Assembly (NCBI GenBank): GCA_963924565.1
Contig: OZ004610.1
Coordinates: forward strand, 9,920,001 to 9,984,000
Length of the DNA: 64,000 nucleotides
Direction: 5' to 3'
Source: Ascidiella aspersa
Taxonomy: Eukaryota
In this document: positions 28,701-41,360 of the stretch, piece by piece
How the letters are laid out: the number at the start of each line of letters is the position of its first letter
Position numbering within the stretch: the first letter of the stretch is position 1
Position numbers and translations under genes: made by a program
Notes under the pieces: model-generated
Told to the model about the DNA's origin: nothing
The model's database searches: none
Seen by the model: only the letters and a program-made list of their open reading frames with translations

Positions 28701-31700
28701 TGCCGTCTAAATTATTAACTAGGCCTTGTATTAACCCTTGGAGGTGTCGCAACAAACAGCACATAAGGTGTCGTGTTTCTATCAAAACAAATTCAGTGAA
28801 GAGACTGATTGCTCCTTTAATCGTTCATGCGTGGAATTTTGCACAGTCCGCGCGTAGTTTAAATAAAATGTTAAGGATTAAGGTATTGTAATTAAATCAA
28901 AACAGGAAACCTATGACATGCGTGGATTGTTAGTATGCAAAAGGCGCCATAGTTAGAATGCCTTCAACTTAACAAATAAAAGACAAATCTATTTTAACCT
29001 TTAGGTTGCCTTCACAATGATGCTTGCTGCCGTATATCAACCTGTGTTCAGTTACACAACCAACACGACAGCCATTGTCGGTAAGAAATAAGAATATAAA
29101 ATGACATAAAACTCAAAGTTTAAATATCCGAGTAAAACTGGAATCAAACATTTTTAGGAATATATCTTTCGCCTAAACTGTCATCGTCAGTTCCTACAAG
29201 TAAAGTAAAATACATATAACAAAGTAATAATATATACAGATTAAAGTAATAATACATAAGTGCATAACTTTTGTATGTGTTTAGGCCTACTTTACTTCTA
29301 GGAACTGACGATTGCAGTATACACAAAATACATAATCCTTTAGATAGCAAATGTCTGATCGTGGTTTTAGTCGGGTTTTTAAACTTTGAGTTTTATTATG
29401 CGTTAGCGGAACAGTGATCGACTAGCCGAAACTTGCTGCCGATGGTTTTAAATTTCAGATACACCGTTTTCTGTAATATGAAATGAAGTACGGTATATAT
29501 ATGTATATACTTTTCGCTCTGAGACTTTACTTTACAAAACCCTTAATAAAGAGCATGCAGTCTAATACAAACTAATCGAGGTGTGTTATGGTTATCTTTT
29601 TAAGTGTGTGCGTCAATCAATTACTCGAGTAGTAATCTTTATCCGGGAATGACGCCATGTTACTGTGTACATAAAAAATTAAAATTTTATAACTACAGAA
29701 GAGTAATGTAATTTATTCTAATATTTGGACTTTATTAATCTAAAGCTTTTTGAAGCGGGTAGGGAAGGCAAAGTTTTCCACATTAGCATTCACAAAAACT
29801 TTGTTTTCAGGCGAAGTTACTGGTGAGGCGCGGCTACTGAACCCTCTGGACACCTTTCAAATTTTGTTCTTCGCCTTGTTCGGTCTAATCGAGCCGGACA
29901 ACTTGCCACCCATAAACCGAAGTCCAACCTTTACCATTTACTTGGTGCAAATTGTGTTTGGGATTTATCACGTAATAACACTCATCGTTCTTATTAACCT
30001 GCTCATCGCTATGATGTCCGACACCTATCAACGCATTCAGGTGTGATCACACATGGATATATATTTGCTATACATTTAAACTTTGTATTGGTATAGTAAT
30101 ATTTTAACTTCTCGTATATCAACAAAATATTATACTTATTTTGAAAGTTTTTTTTACGTTTGTTACTTTATCATCCTTTTTAAGCTCTAAACACAAAATC
30201 GATTTTTATTTTAAAAGGGGACTTATTTATGTTTTAGAATTTTCCTGGATTTATTTAAACACCATTTTGTTTAGCAAACAAGATTAAACCCTGCTATCAT
30301 CAGAAATGTAAAGTTATTATGAAATAGACTAATATTGCATTTTAATTCAGGCGCAATCGGACACGGAGTGGAAATTTGGACGGGCAAAGCTGATTCGAAA
30401 CATGAAGAAAAGCAGCCTTTCGCCGGCTCCTGTCAACATATTTATAACCGCCTTCCATTACCTTAAATTATGTGTCAAACATAAAGGTTAGCATCGGCAA
30501 AATGGGTTTAACCTAATCTATATAGTTTACGTTAAAACGGGGTTCAGCAAACTTTTTCTTGTTGCGGGACAAACCCATAACTCAGAAAGGCAAAATGTTT
30601 AGTTATTAAGTATTTTATAATAACAACTGTTAACCAAGAGATGACCTAAGAGGGCGATCATTCACAATGAAAAGCTTTAATTAAAATACACGATAAATTT
30701 ATTCACTAATCTAGTTTATAAAGCAATAGGGCCGTTAATCTATCGATGTTCAGATATTTTAAAAACACAATGTAGTGCGAAGCGCAATAAAATGCATTTA
30801 GATGCATTAAGTAGTGAAACTTTCCTTGTTGATAATTTCAAGATGTGTAGGCTACTGCACGATTGGCGCCTTTGATCTGAAAATATTTCGTAAATAACAA
30901 ACCTACTATGAATACATAACATAAAAAGAATTTGCGACAAGCGCAAAACTGTTTCACATATACGTATAGTTAAAATAGCCCAAAAAATATGAAATACGCA
31001 GAAGATTGTAATATGAGGTGGCAAGCCGGATGATTTTCATTGGGAGGCCGGATCAGGCCGCATGGCGTATAGGTTGCTGACCTCTGTTTTAAACCTGACA
31101 GGACTAATAAATATGCTATCTTACCAAATAAGATTTTTGTGTATGTAGCTAGTAAAACTAAACCAAGACTTGATCTTAAAAAGGTTGATCTTAAATTTTT
31201 CGTCAAAGACCTAATTTTTTTCATTGCAAACCTAGTAAACTTTTTGCTACTCCACTTCAAAGTTAACAAAATTAAATTAAAGTAATTATGGCATATGTGC
31301 CGAGTCATAGACAAGTCTGGTAAAATCAAAACTATAAAAATAATGAAAACCTCTATTCTTTCCGAAAAACAAAAAGTTTGCATCTTTTTTATCCAACTTG
31401 CAGGGTGATAAACTTCTCTTGTTTAGTTGTTTTTGCATCCACATTGCTTCGACCTAGACTGAACAAGGCTAGATCCACTAATGGAAACCATTACACAAAA
31501 GAATAGATTTATCATTAAAACCATTAAGCAAACAGAATAACTTTTGTGTAATAAGGTCGTGCGTGTGACGCGGGTCTCGACCACACGGAAGAGGATGATG
31601 ACGCAACGCGACGCTATGACGACACGTATGGCGTCATCGCCAACCACAACAACTGGAAGGGAGCCAACCATGTAATGCTGAACTAAGTTTGTGTTTGACC

Positions 31701-33086
31701 AGACAAATAAAACTGTTTCTGTCTGACGCTCTTAAACAAACATTGGAAATCAGTCTATACCAGTGCTTGTCAACCTTTTTCGGAACAGTAAACACTTCTA
31801 CCTTTACTGTAGAACTTGTACACCTCAGTTCACGTAATGCACTGAACTTAGAAAAATACAACCTGTTGTACTGCAAAAAGAACTATTAACCGTTATGAAG
31901 AACTTACCCCAACAATAATGATTTATCAAGAGACATATTTGGTTAGGATGTTACAAATAGAATATAGTATCGTACAAGCTACGTACGTTTAAATACATAG
32001 TGCCATGTATTATGTACACTCCAGTCAGTTTGGTAATAAATCTGTTTATTTATTATGATACCTGATCATAACTTTATTGTAATGGGGTATCTTGTACATC
32101 CCACCAATGTGGTACCACCTTAAAGAATTCTGCTACACCCTGGGGTGTATAATACACCCGGTTGAAAAGCACTGGTCTATACTTCCTTATTCATAGCGTA
32201 TACGGATATCAATGCTTTAACACTTGTGGTATAGCCTTTTACTGCCTTGTTTTAATCTTACAAATAATGAAAAGGACCTTTCTTCGATGGGCACACTGGA
32301 CACCCGAGAATCGGACGACATGGGTCGAAACAAGACCTACCCGGTCGAGCTGGGTTCGCGAAACACCACTTTGGAACAGGTTGTCGACTGGCCAAAGATC
32401 AGACAGAAGTACTGGACCCGAAAGGTTTGTAAAGTTACTGTTTTCCTAACTAACAACTCGAGAAATGCGAGAAATGTGTTTTGTGCATTATCTATTAAAA
32501 CATTGTTGTTTTATACTTTGAAAACGTAAATGTTTAAAACAACAGTTTTAAGTTATATTGTGTTTAAGTTGTTTTGTCGTTTGTAGTGGTTGTGTGACGG
32601 ACAGGCATCGTACCTTTAACCCTAAATCTGCCTAAACCCTCTTTAGGCCTACACTATATTCAGTCATGATTCATATGCCTTATTCACAAGACGTGAAAAA
32701 AAATAAGAAGCGGAGGCGTCGCCTTGCGAAATCTATATTGGTTCGATCATCGAATTAGGACTGCCGTTCGACGCCAGTCGTGTCATATCCGTTCCCTTTA
32801 TAGATCTGCGAAGAGGCAAGGATGTCTTAACGATTATTCCATATGGGTTTGAATTATGCAGGGCAAGACGAAAAGCAGCGGCGACATATTCTCGTCGCTT
32901 CGACGCGACGCCGAGTTCAACGTGGAAGAGGGCGGAGGGGGTTCGAGCAAGCAGAGCAAGTACGCAGGGAGAAACGGGGTGAGCGGTCGCGGTCACCCAC
33001 AGCAATCTGTCGAGACGGCGCTAAGCCCGCACAACGGGCCGCATAACGCAACCTACGACGACGACAAAGGCTCTATCGCCAGGTGA
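10738..33086 (+). CDS. TRPN1: TRPN1/NompC mechanosensitive TRP channel, ~1950 aa, 36 coding exons, 29 ankyrin repeats + 6 TM + TRP box
   Basis: Exons: 10738-11532, 11850-11951, 13070-13168, 13244-13360, 15400-15603, 16145-16283, 17066-17130, 17223-17325, 17672-17766, 17951-18095, 18533-18690, 19404-19532, 19915-20049, 20198-20314, 20461-20559, 20818-21030, 21226-21324, 21814-22020, 22367-22468, 22791-22970, 23407-23505, 23661-23768, 24035-24232, 24448-24594, 24952-25310, 25853-25988, 26692-26853, 27312-27470, 27892-28055, 28338-28428, 29005-29080, 29811-30040, 30351-30486, 31556-31671, 32275-32424, 32862-33086 (sum 5859 nt, in frame). NompC hallmark motifs: DGSTLMHIASECGHP..LAFLKRGVPLHMPNK, ARVDVFDE, APIDAAAKLS, SFHYLFGPW, LFFALFGL, LINLLIAMMSDTYQRIQAQSDTEWKFGRAKLIR. 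The last three exons are less certain. Confidence 0.95.
16510..16913. mobile_element. hAT-type MITE (TRPN1 intron 6)
   Basis: TIRs CAGGGGTCGGCAAC...GTTGCCGACCCCTG; 8-bp TSD tactaaag/tgctaaag; internal duplicated cgatcacaatgaaa unit. Relatives at 30538-31086 and ~41671-41770. Confidence 0.85.
18691..19403 (+). other. GC-AG intron of TRPN1
   Basis: Exon 11 ends ...CAGTCAAAG|gcaagc and must join ttttcag|GCAGGCGAGAAC in phase 0 to keep the ankyrin register (RTQSK-AGENALHLA). There is no suitable GT donor before the in-frame TAA at 18700-18702. Confidence 0.8.
18944..19270. mobile_element. hAT-type MITE (TRPN1 intron 11)
   Basis: CAGTGGTTCGCAACC...GGTTGAGAACCACT; TSD gcctaact/gcctaacc; shares internal sequence with 26348-26637. 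Confidence 0.8.
21590..21774. mobile_element. MITE right-end fragment, same family as 50442-50913
   Basis: Shares tgcccaactgttta..agtaggctaca and ttttgtcgtaattacattttggg with 50650-50850; ends TTGAGAACCACTG. Confidence 0.65.
23012..23334. mobile_element. hAT-type MITE (TRPN1 intron 20)
   Basis: CAGGGGTGCTTAAACT...AGTTTAAGAACCCCTG; TSD tgttgaac/cgttaaac; subterminal GGACCCC motifs. Confidence 0.8.
26348..26637. mobile_element. hAT-type MITE (TRPN1 intron 26)
   Basis: CAGTGGTTCTCAACC...GGTTGAGAACCACTG; degenerate TSD ctatagtc/gtagagtc; same family as 18944-19270. Confidence 0.82.
30538..31086. mobile_element. Degenerate hAT-type MITE (TRPN1 intron 33)
   Basis: CGGGGTTCAGCAAAC...GGTTGCTGACCTCTG; internal similarity to the 16510 element (gcggg, cacaatgaaaag, gccggat). 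Confidence 0.6.
31761..32174. mobile_element. hAT-type MITE (TRPN1 intron 34)
   Basis: CAGTGCTTGTCAACC...GGTTGAAAAGCACTG with perfect 8-bp TSD gtctatac. Confidence 0.88.
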
Positions 33087-33139
33087 CGTCGAAAGACGTT
33101 CGTTGCTGATACGCGACTGCTGTGCGCACCTTAGAGCGC

Positions 33140-33145
33140 AATAAA
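33140..33145 (+). promoter_or_regulatory. Candidate polyadenylation signal of TRPN1
   Basis: AATAAA 54 nt after the predicted stop; further AATAAA copies occur downstream (e.g. ~33330). Confidence 0.35.
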
Positions 33146-34566
33146 CAAGGCGACTGGGCGCGACGGATGTTAGGCTGTTTCCGGGACGTGTGCAAATTGG
33201 CTCTTTAACGGTGTATTGTTGTTATGCGTTTGGAGGGATTTAAGGCACCCGAGAATACCTTAAGATTTGGGCGTTGTCCAAGAACCCTTTTAATTCACCC
33301 AATTCAAAAATTCACATATTACCAGTTTAAATAAAATTTATGTATTACAGATATAAACAAAATCCAAGCATTACAGATTCAACATTATTCGTTTTTGTTA
33401 CGTCAACAGATATCAGTCTGATTTTTTTATTGTTTCGCGTTTCTTCATTTTGCAGCAACTGCTATTTGAGTGTCACATGAAATTGACAAAGGTGCCCAAT
33501 ATGGTTTACGCTGCCGTTCTTCAATTACTACAAACAAGGACTTCTTGGAAATATTTTATTTAATGCACCCCGGCAGCGTTTAGTGCGTTCTTGCCATTTA
33601 CATGTGTTCCATTTATGCATCATGTCGTCGGGACATTATAAATATATTATAGTACATACACACATATATATATATAAAGCGGTGGCGCTGTGTCTATCTG
33701 AAAACATCGCTTCAGTAATAAACGTGATATGCAGATTAAAGGCGAAAGAGGCCTGTTCATTGTCTGTTGTCGTTTTATTGATATAAAGTTAAGGTTTAAG
33801 GCCAAAGCGTCCGAACAGTTTAGGAACTTCCGTGTCATCAGATAGTATAGTCATAGTGCGTGCGGTAATGAACGCTTTATCAGCATGCGAAATTGCGCAG
33901 TTTAAGTGTGAGCCGTTTGTTTCTTCTATTATAACGAGGTGGCGCCGTTGGTTTTCAATTACACATCATATTTTATTAATGCACTGCTTTCCATTTTTTC
34001 GATAATAGCTAGTTGAAAATGAGTTTAATATGCAGACTTCTATCAATAAAGCAGGAACAAAATCGCATTAGTTGGGAAAACTGTGAAATGCACTCCGGGA
34101 AAGCTTCAGCCTAACTCGTCAGGAAGGAATTGCGCTATCGCCAAAAACAATAGACTATTTGCATTACGTCGAAAGCTTGCTTCCTATACTCTTGGAAACA
34201 TATGGACATAGTGGTTATAGTGTCACATGCTGTCTGCTGGTAGTCAGATCAGGATTGCTGTCGGTTGAGCTATAAGTGTAACAGCGCTGTCATTCAGCCA
34301 ACTCAATTATTTGTCAATAACAAATAGAGGCAAATAAAAGCTCGCGTATATAGATAAATATAGAGTATGAAGGCAAAATCGATTCTCTGCTGAACAGAAC
34401 AAACTTACGACTAAATTTCAACTTTTGCTAAGCGTTTTGTCATGTTAATATAGCTTTATGTCTCGCACGTACGTTTGAAATTTTTGTTGAGAGCAAACTT
34501 TATTCCATTTCATCGACTATATTTAGCTACAGGTGAGGTTAGCTTGTCTAAGTACTTCAGTGCACG

Positions 34567-37500
34567 ATGAGGTATTTCACGTACATTCTTGTTTTGGCTG
34601 CCACTATATCGATAGCTGTGGGATACGAGCCAGTTTTTGGTGATTACCTGGAACGGGACCGGGACTACTTCGACAGCGAGGTTTCGGATTTTTTCGAAAG
34701 TGTGATTGACGGTGAACAGCTGGGCGACGAAAGCTACCTGTATGCGAATGACGACGTGGAGGAAAATATTTTGACAAGCGACAGCGACCGGTTAGACGAG
34801 GCACCAGGTTTAAAGGATGAGGACTATTTTATGTTCGAAGGTAAGGGATTATCTGAGGATTTGATTTTTGATAATATTGTGCATAGTTTTTGAATATTTC
34901 TCTCAGGTAAAGAATACAGCGCTATTAAACATAAATATTTGTTAAATTTATTGCAATCGAAACTGATGCCTTCTGGCCACTTATACTTTTCATTTTACTA
35001 AGAATGGGAATGCCATATTGTTGGTCTGTTGTCAATTTTGTGTTTTCTCTAAAAAATGGTATGCTATCGTTTCTAAAATGCCACGTAAATCTTGATGTGG
35101 CAAAATGAATTACGCTTCTAGCCAGTCGTAACTCATGTTAAGTTTAAACACTTGGATGCGGTTGTCAAGCTACAATTTTATAGGTTTAAAGAAAATAAGG
35201 AATTGTTGAGCCACTATAGGATAAAAAGTGAGTTCCATTTATAAGATATTGTCCCTTAATTACTTTACAAGACATGAAAGTTTGTTATATTTAAAAATTA
35301 TATTATTTGTGCTAAATTATTGCGCTTGGCATAAATTTTATTTCCCAAAGATTTGCCGAATGTTGAAGACGAAATGGAAGTGACTCTCTATGATGATGAT
35401 AATGATGGTTTTCAAAACGATTTTGACACAGATGAGAGGGAGAAGGAAAACTCAGAAGATGACACAAAAATGTAGTTTTTTACCAAAATATTTTTAAGTT
35501 ACAGAAAGCTCGCCAAAATTAGGGCGTGGGTAAAGTGCCACTTTTCGCAATTTTAAGAAATACGGTACGCAAAACAATAGTTGACGGTTTTAAAATTACC
35601 AACAAATTTCTATAGTAAGATAAATAGCCAACTACGTTTCTATAGTAAAATGTACTTTACGCCAGGACTGTAACAGTTTGCAGGGAAGAGAAAAAGACAA
35701 AGTAACTTTAGTTGAGATTTAATTGAAAACTAAAAGTTTTTATAACGTTGCAGTTCGACCGACCAGTTGTCGATGAGCGACTCAATTAACATCACCCTAA
35801 AGATGCCTGACGTGACAATCAGCTCGGTGAGAAGTTGCAGTAGGCCTAGGCCCTCGGCCAGTGATTCCCAAACTGTGTGCCGCGGCACACTAGTGTACCT
35901 CAAGAGATTGTCAAGTGTGCCGCGAAACTTTTTGTAATATCGGAAAAGAGAGTATTTGCATTACCAATAGGCATACACGCAAGCATTTTAGACTTAAATA
36001 CGCACTATTCGTTAACATTGTACAGTGCAAAGAGATTTAGAAGGCATTCATAAAAGGTCGAATAATATAAAAGCAAAAGCAAACACTCATCTATGTTTAA
36101 ACGCCCACGCATGAGCCATATCTTTGATATGAAAAACAAATTTAGCCTATATCGTTTATAGTTAATGGCAACGCCATATGTTGTAACTTCGAGATGGGCA
36201 TTTGAATCTCTGCAGCATGTTAGGATTTTTTACTGGTTTTGTTGGTAATATTATGTTACCTTTGTTAATAGGATGACACATATCTTTGTACAACGGTGAA
36301 AATTGATAACTACAACCCGACGAAGACACTGTACATAAGTAAGTTTAAAATATACCCTGATAAATTGCATCAAGTTATCAACATTAACATGCAGCAGTGA
36401 TTTAAATAGAGTATACAAATCCCAAGTAAACGCCATCTTCACATACGGAGTAATTAAAACAAATACAACGTAGTAAGTCAAACAAACAACATAACAGGAA
36501 TTTGTAAAAAAAAATAATAATAATAATTTTAATGTTATTTCAGCTGGTTACACACCACATGCGATACAGAGCGTTGCACATCACATGTTGTTGTTTGGTT
36601 GCACTGAGCCGGGAAGCAAGGAGGCTAAAGCGTGGTAAGTCGTGATCTCTTTTACACCATATTCCTCAAGAGTTTACACGATATTCCTCAACCTCGTTTC
36701 GCGGCGACCCGAATTTAAGCGTATACCAGCGAAGCATCGGAAACCTAATTCTCTGTACTCGATCTTAAATAAAATAAGACATTGGCCTAAAAAGATATTT
36801 GGTCTAAAATCTAAATGATTCAAAAATAAGTTCAAACAAGACATGCCTTCGCGTTGCTTTCGGGAATTTTTTCTAATTTACCAGAAATATTTGCTCTAAA
36901 CAATATCATACCATCATATTATGATTGGTTTCTTAATTTTTTTCCGTTTTCTTCAACCTTTCTACAAATTTCTGCTTTCCATTCACCGAAACAGTAAATA
37001 CATAAAACTGAAGCGGGCCACATAACCCTAATGTACCCGGCATAGAACAAAAATATTACGGATGACAGTTTAATACCAAATGACGTCATTAGTACGTCCA
37101 AATGTATCGTTTTCCAGATAAATAAGCCAAAATTTGCTTCTGCGTCAGGAACCTTAGTTTTTTTTGATTGCCAGTTTATGCTATATTTTCCTAATAATTT
37201 CTGCTATATTTCCTAAACCCTATAATAGGGATGCGCTTATAGTATAAGTATAAGCGGCCTCAAGGCAAATTTACATACCCTAACACACGCCCGAAATTAT
37301 TAGAAGCAAGCAAACTGACGAAACTTCGAAGTTGGTCGCCATTTTTTGATTTACGATATTGCCAAATGCTTGAATGCCGTCGCTATGCCTTCCTCGAAAA
37401 ACAGTTAACCCACAGTAAACCGTTGCGCAGGAACTGTGGAGGTACGATGCACGGAAAGAACTCAGAAGGCTTTGTTGCCGCTCCGGTGTGCGCCAAGGGT

Positions 37501-40500
37501 AGCAGCATCTTATGGGCCTGGGCAAAGGACGCCCCATCGTTTCAACTACCTGAGGGTGTCGGATTCCAGGTGGGCCATGGCTCCAGAATCCACTACCTGA
37601 CACTTCAGGCCCATTTCAAGTCGAAGGTGGCGGCAAACCGTAAGTAAACTGCTGGAGGTCCACTGGATACATACTGACGAAGGCGAAAAGTAAGACTTAA
37701 TATCAAAGTTAATTTACACAGTAAGACGTAGTCTTCCAATGGGGAATTTGCGTTTAATTATAACCTAACCGTGATAACGTGACGTCATTAACATGGTGGC
37801 GGCGATAAACAAACTGTGATTGTTATGAGGTGTAAGTTTTCTTTGTAAGCAAGGTTACAGTTTTATAGATAAATAATACCAACGATCAAGTTTATTGTGA
37901 CGATATTTTGGCTAATCCAATATTTTATGGACAAGACAATTTTATAAGTTATTTTTATATTCGGCGGTGATGGTAAATTTTCTCCCCTTACTTTTAATCC
38001 ACTGCTTAAACGTACAGTTAACGTGTTTGTTCATAAGGTTACCTGACCAATGACCATACATCGATATCTCGAGGTACACGCGAGTCATTTAAAGCAAATA
38101 TAAAAAAAAAGTACGAAAAAAATTAGGGTTTTACATGTTCAACGTTAACAACGCCTGGGCGCGATCAAAGCTATGCCTGTCTAAAAACAATTTTCGCCTG
38201 ATGACAACTTCAGGACATAATTTGTACCTTTTGAACAGCACATTCATTTGGGGCCAGTCACTCAAAATAAAACTAAAGTTTTTTAGAAGATATGAAAGCA
38301 CTCAGGAAAAGTAGTAAATTATACTAATAAAAAGTAAATATCTGCAAAAAATAAATAAGTATTTATTCGGACTGTTCATGAGAATATATAAAAATTATAA
38401 TTCCAATTAGGACTAAATAAACATATATCGTTTTGTATTTTTTTTACAACAGACCACATCCTTTTTTTAATTTTTAAAAATGTTTTAGGACAATTAAAAA
38501 TATATATATTAGAATTGTTTTCGGCGCTTTCCGAATTGAATATTTTTGCGATTGGGTCTATTCGTATTGTACTATAAAAAAATTTGAGAAAAAATTCACA
38601 AAAAAAATAATAAAAGCTGTCATGTTCCAACTATATAACAAATATTTATGTCCAAGTTAGGCGCGAGGGCACAATTTAATTTTATCATTTTGAATTTTGA
38701 GATATAGGCCTACATTAAGTTGTGGCCAATTCTATAATATTTTTTTACAAATTGTTTGCAGAAATCTCCTTGTTTTTTTTGTATGAAAAATGGCTAATAA
38801 AAAAGTTATATTATTTTAGATAGTTTTTTTGTTTTACCTAGTTTGGTTACCATCGTATAAATTGTATTATGCTAATATACAAAGCTCCTCTGTATATTTG
38901 ATTTTCGTTACGATGAATCCGAACAAACAAGGCCTCGTCAAAAGCAAATTAATTTGTGTGCGCAGAATACGGCATCGATAGAATTGGAGTAACTGCGTCA
39001 GCAACAACGGTTGTGAAACCCAAGGTTGCAGCAATATATCTTCTGGCAACATCTTCAGGTTCAGTCCCACCGAATTCCAGACAAGAAATGGACATTATTT
39101 GCAAGTAGGTTACGCCGACACTGCAATAGATACAACGCACCCAACGGCGACCCGTGATCAATTACATTGCATCTATGCAATCACGACAGATCCATAATTT
39201 TTGTTCGGGAGGGAAAGGCATAACAACTTTGATGGTATCATAACGCTACTTTACATCATAAAACAAGTATAACGTCAGGACACTTGTCCTTTATAATTAA
39301 GGGAACGCGTTGCGTCCATTTGCGCGAAATATTTTCGATTTATTTTATTTACCTGGAAATAGTTTGTATTTAGGAAACCTAGCGCATTGAGAACACAATA
39401 AAGATTCGCATAGCCTACTATACATGTATATATTCCTTTTTATTAATAGTTGTTTGTCTATACAGAGATACCACGTACAACATCGCGCGAAGCGCAAAAA
39501 GCCGACATTGCCTTTATTTTAGTAAATTTGTAGGCTGTTCGGTGTTAGTCAATTTTTAGGCTGTTCGGACTACTTTTGTTATAGAAGGGCCGTCTTACTC
39601 TTGGTGTTATCTATATAATAAAAAAATGCATTTGTATGATAACGTTCGCAAAACTTTTTTTTATTATACAATTTTACGCACGGAGCAATCGGAGCATGTT
39701 ACCAAAACACACAACACGGCAGTTAAAAAGATGTAGCAAATAATTACGAAGTTATGTAGTTCAAATTGGCATTAAACATACATAAGATATAGTGTGCCGC
39801 CCCTGAGTGCAATATAATATGTTATTGGAAATAAAACCGAGATAAAAAAAAAATTACTTCTGTTTGTAGATACAAGGGAAACATCGTCATGCATCCGTTT
39901 GCCTTTCGCACCCACACTCATGCCCTCGGTAAGGAGGTGTATGGATACATGGTGAAGAATGATAAATGGTCCCTTGTAGGGAAAAAGGATCCACAACTGC
40001 CACAAGCCTTCTACCCGGTTAAAAATAAGAGTATGGAAATCAAGAAAGGAGACTGGCTGGTGAGTGCACTTTTGCGAAATTCCTTTTTATTTCAGAAGTC
40101 CTGAAATAGATATATGAAGGTTGTAAATAAAATAGCAGTTTTTTAGTTATGGTGCCAATTTTGCAAAGAAGGGTTCAAAATGTTTGCACAAAAGAAAAAC
40201 ATTAGAGCGTTTGTTAACCCAGAGCTTTGAACATTTGTTTTAGCTGTTCGTGAAAAACATAAAAATCGACCAAGACAATATTATTTAAGTTGTAATAAAA
40301 ATTAACGGGCAGCTGTAATATCCACAAGATTTTAAAACTTATAGCCTACGTCTTAAAGGAAACATTAACTATACTTTTTACTTAAACAAATTAAAAATAT
40401 TCTCCTACTTTCGCGACTGTAAATTTGTGAACAATATCATGCTGGCATAGATTCTTTCGGGATGAGTTTTATGTTACCGTGAGGTTTGATCACAAGAAAA

Positions 40501-40875
40501 GCGGTTTGTTGTCTATTGTAAACTGCGTTTTAATACAATAATATTCTAGTAAATATCCGTAGTCAGCTTCCCAAGTTTCTAACAAAATACATGGGCCAAA
40601 CCCAAATCTGCGGTTCTTGGTCTTAACTCATAACCCAGCATTGAGCTAAAATACCCTATACCTTTAAGGCTGCACGTTGCGTTATGGTGAGCCACCGGAG
40701 TCGTACAACGTACATCGGGGACAAACACACGGACGAGATGTGCAACTTTTACTTCATGTACTGGACCCCGCGTTCTAAAGCTCCCAATGGCTTGCGGCAA
40801 ACTGTCTGTTCAAACGGTTATCCGTCCGTGCACTGGAACAGTAGCTTTACGAACGTTCCTCACACTCTAAAATAA
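34567..40875 (+). CDS. PHM: Peptidylglycine alpha-hydroxylating monooxygenase, monofunctional and secreted, ~456 aa, 9 exons
   Basis: Exons 34567-34840, 35351-35471, 35754-35826, 36272-36338, 36544-36634, 37431-37639, 38966-39104, 39870-40059, 40669-40875 (1371 nt, in frame). Signal peptide MRYFTYILVLAATISIAVG. CuH ligands AHHMLLFGC and LQAHF; CuM ligands FRTHTH and DEMCNFYFMY; also DTYLC, WAWAKDAP and DPQLPQAFYPV. TAA follows the PHM core, and no PAL/NHL or TM exon is seen. Confidence 0.93.
35859..35930. mobile_element. hAT-type element left end (PHM intron 3); right end not found
   Basis: CAGTGATTCCCAAACTGTGTGCCGCGGCACAC...GTGTGCCGCG, a TIR plus subterminal repeats typical of hAT elements. 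Confidence 0.6.
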
Positions 40876-41098
40876 GTTTTCTAACTATCAGTATCTTGCT
40901 GTGCCATTATTTGTCGTCGGGTATTCGCCCCCAGGGAAAACTACTTGAGTTAGCAATAAACATAATATGCTGTTTTGTGTAACACAATGTTATATGATGT
41001 ACAACGTTCGTTGTATGCGCCCCGGTCTAAGCGCAGAACGCCATATGAGAGGCTAAATTCTTGTATCGCAAACGCGTCTCCTACTTCAGCCTCTAAAC

Positions 41099-41360
41099 CA
41101 GAGGTTCTTAAACTTTTTGAGACACTCCCCACAATTTTAACAAAACTCGCGCCCAGTATGTTTCAAAATCAAAAAACATAAAGCAGAACATCAATTTATT
41201 TCCAGGTAAGTTGCATTAATGCGAAGGGTGTAACTGTTTTTTGGATACCAAATGTTTAATTCGAGTATTAGTAGCAGGGAAATATCACTTCGCCTTCATG
41301 TTTAGTCATAATTTGTACAAAGTTTGTCAAATTCTCGCGCCCCCAGTTTAAGATCCACTG
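41099..41360. mobile_element. hAT-type MITE downstream of PHM
   Basis: CAGAGGTTCTTAAACT...AGTTTAAGATCCACTG with perfect TSD ctctaaac. Confidence 0.85.

Noticed and set aside
32647-32706. Possible alternative terminal TRPN1 exon (AYTIFSHDSYALFTRREKK*)
   Set aside because: It has a phase-compatible acceptor but no coding-like composition or homology; 32862-33086 is better supported.
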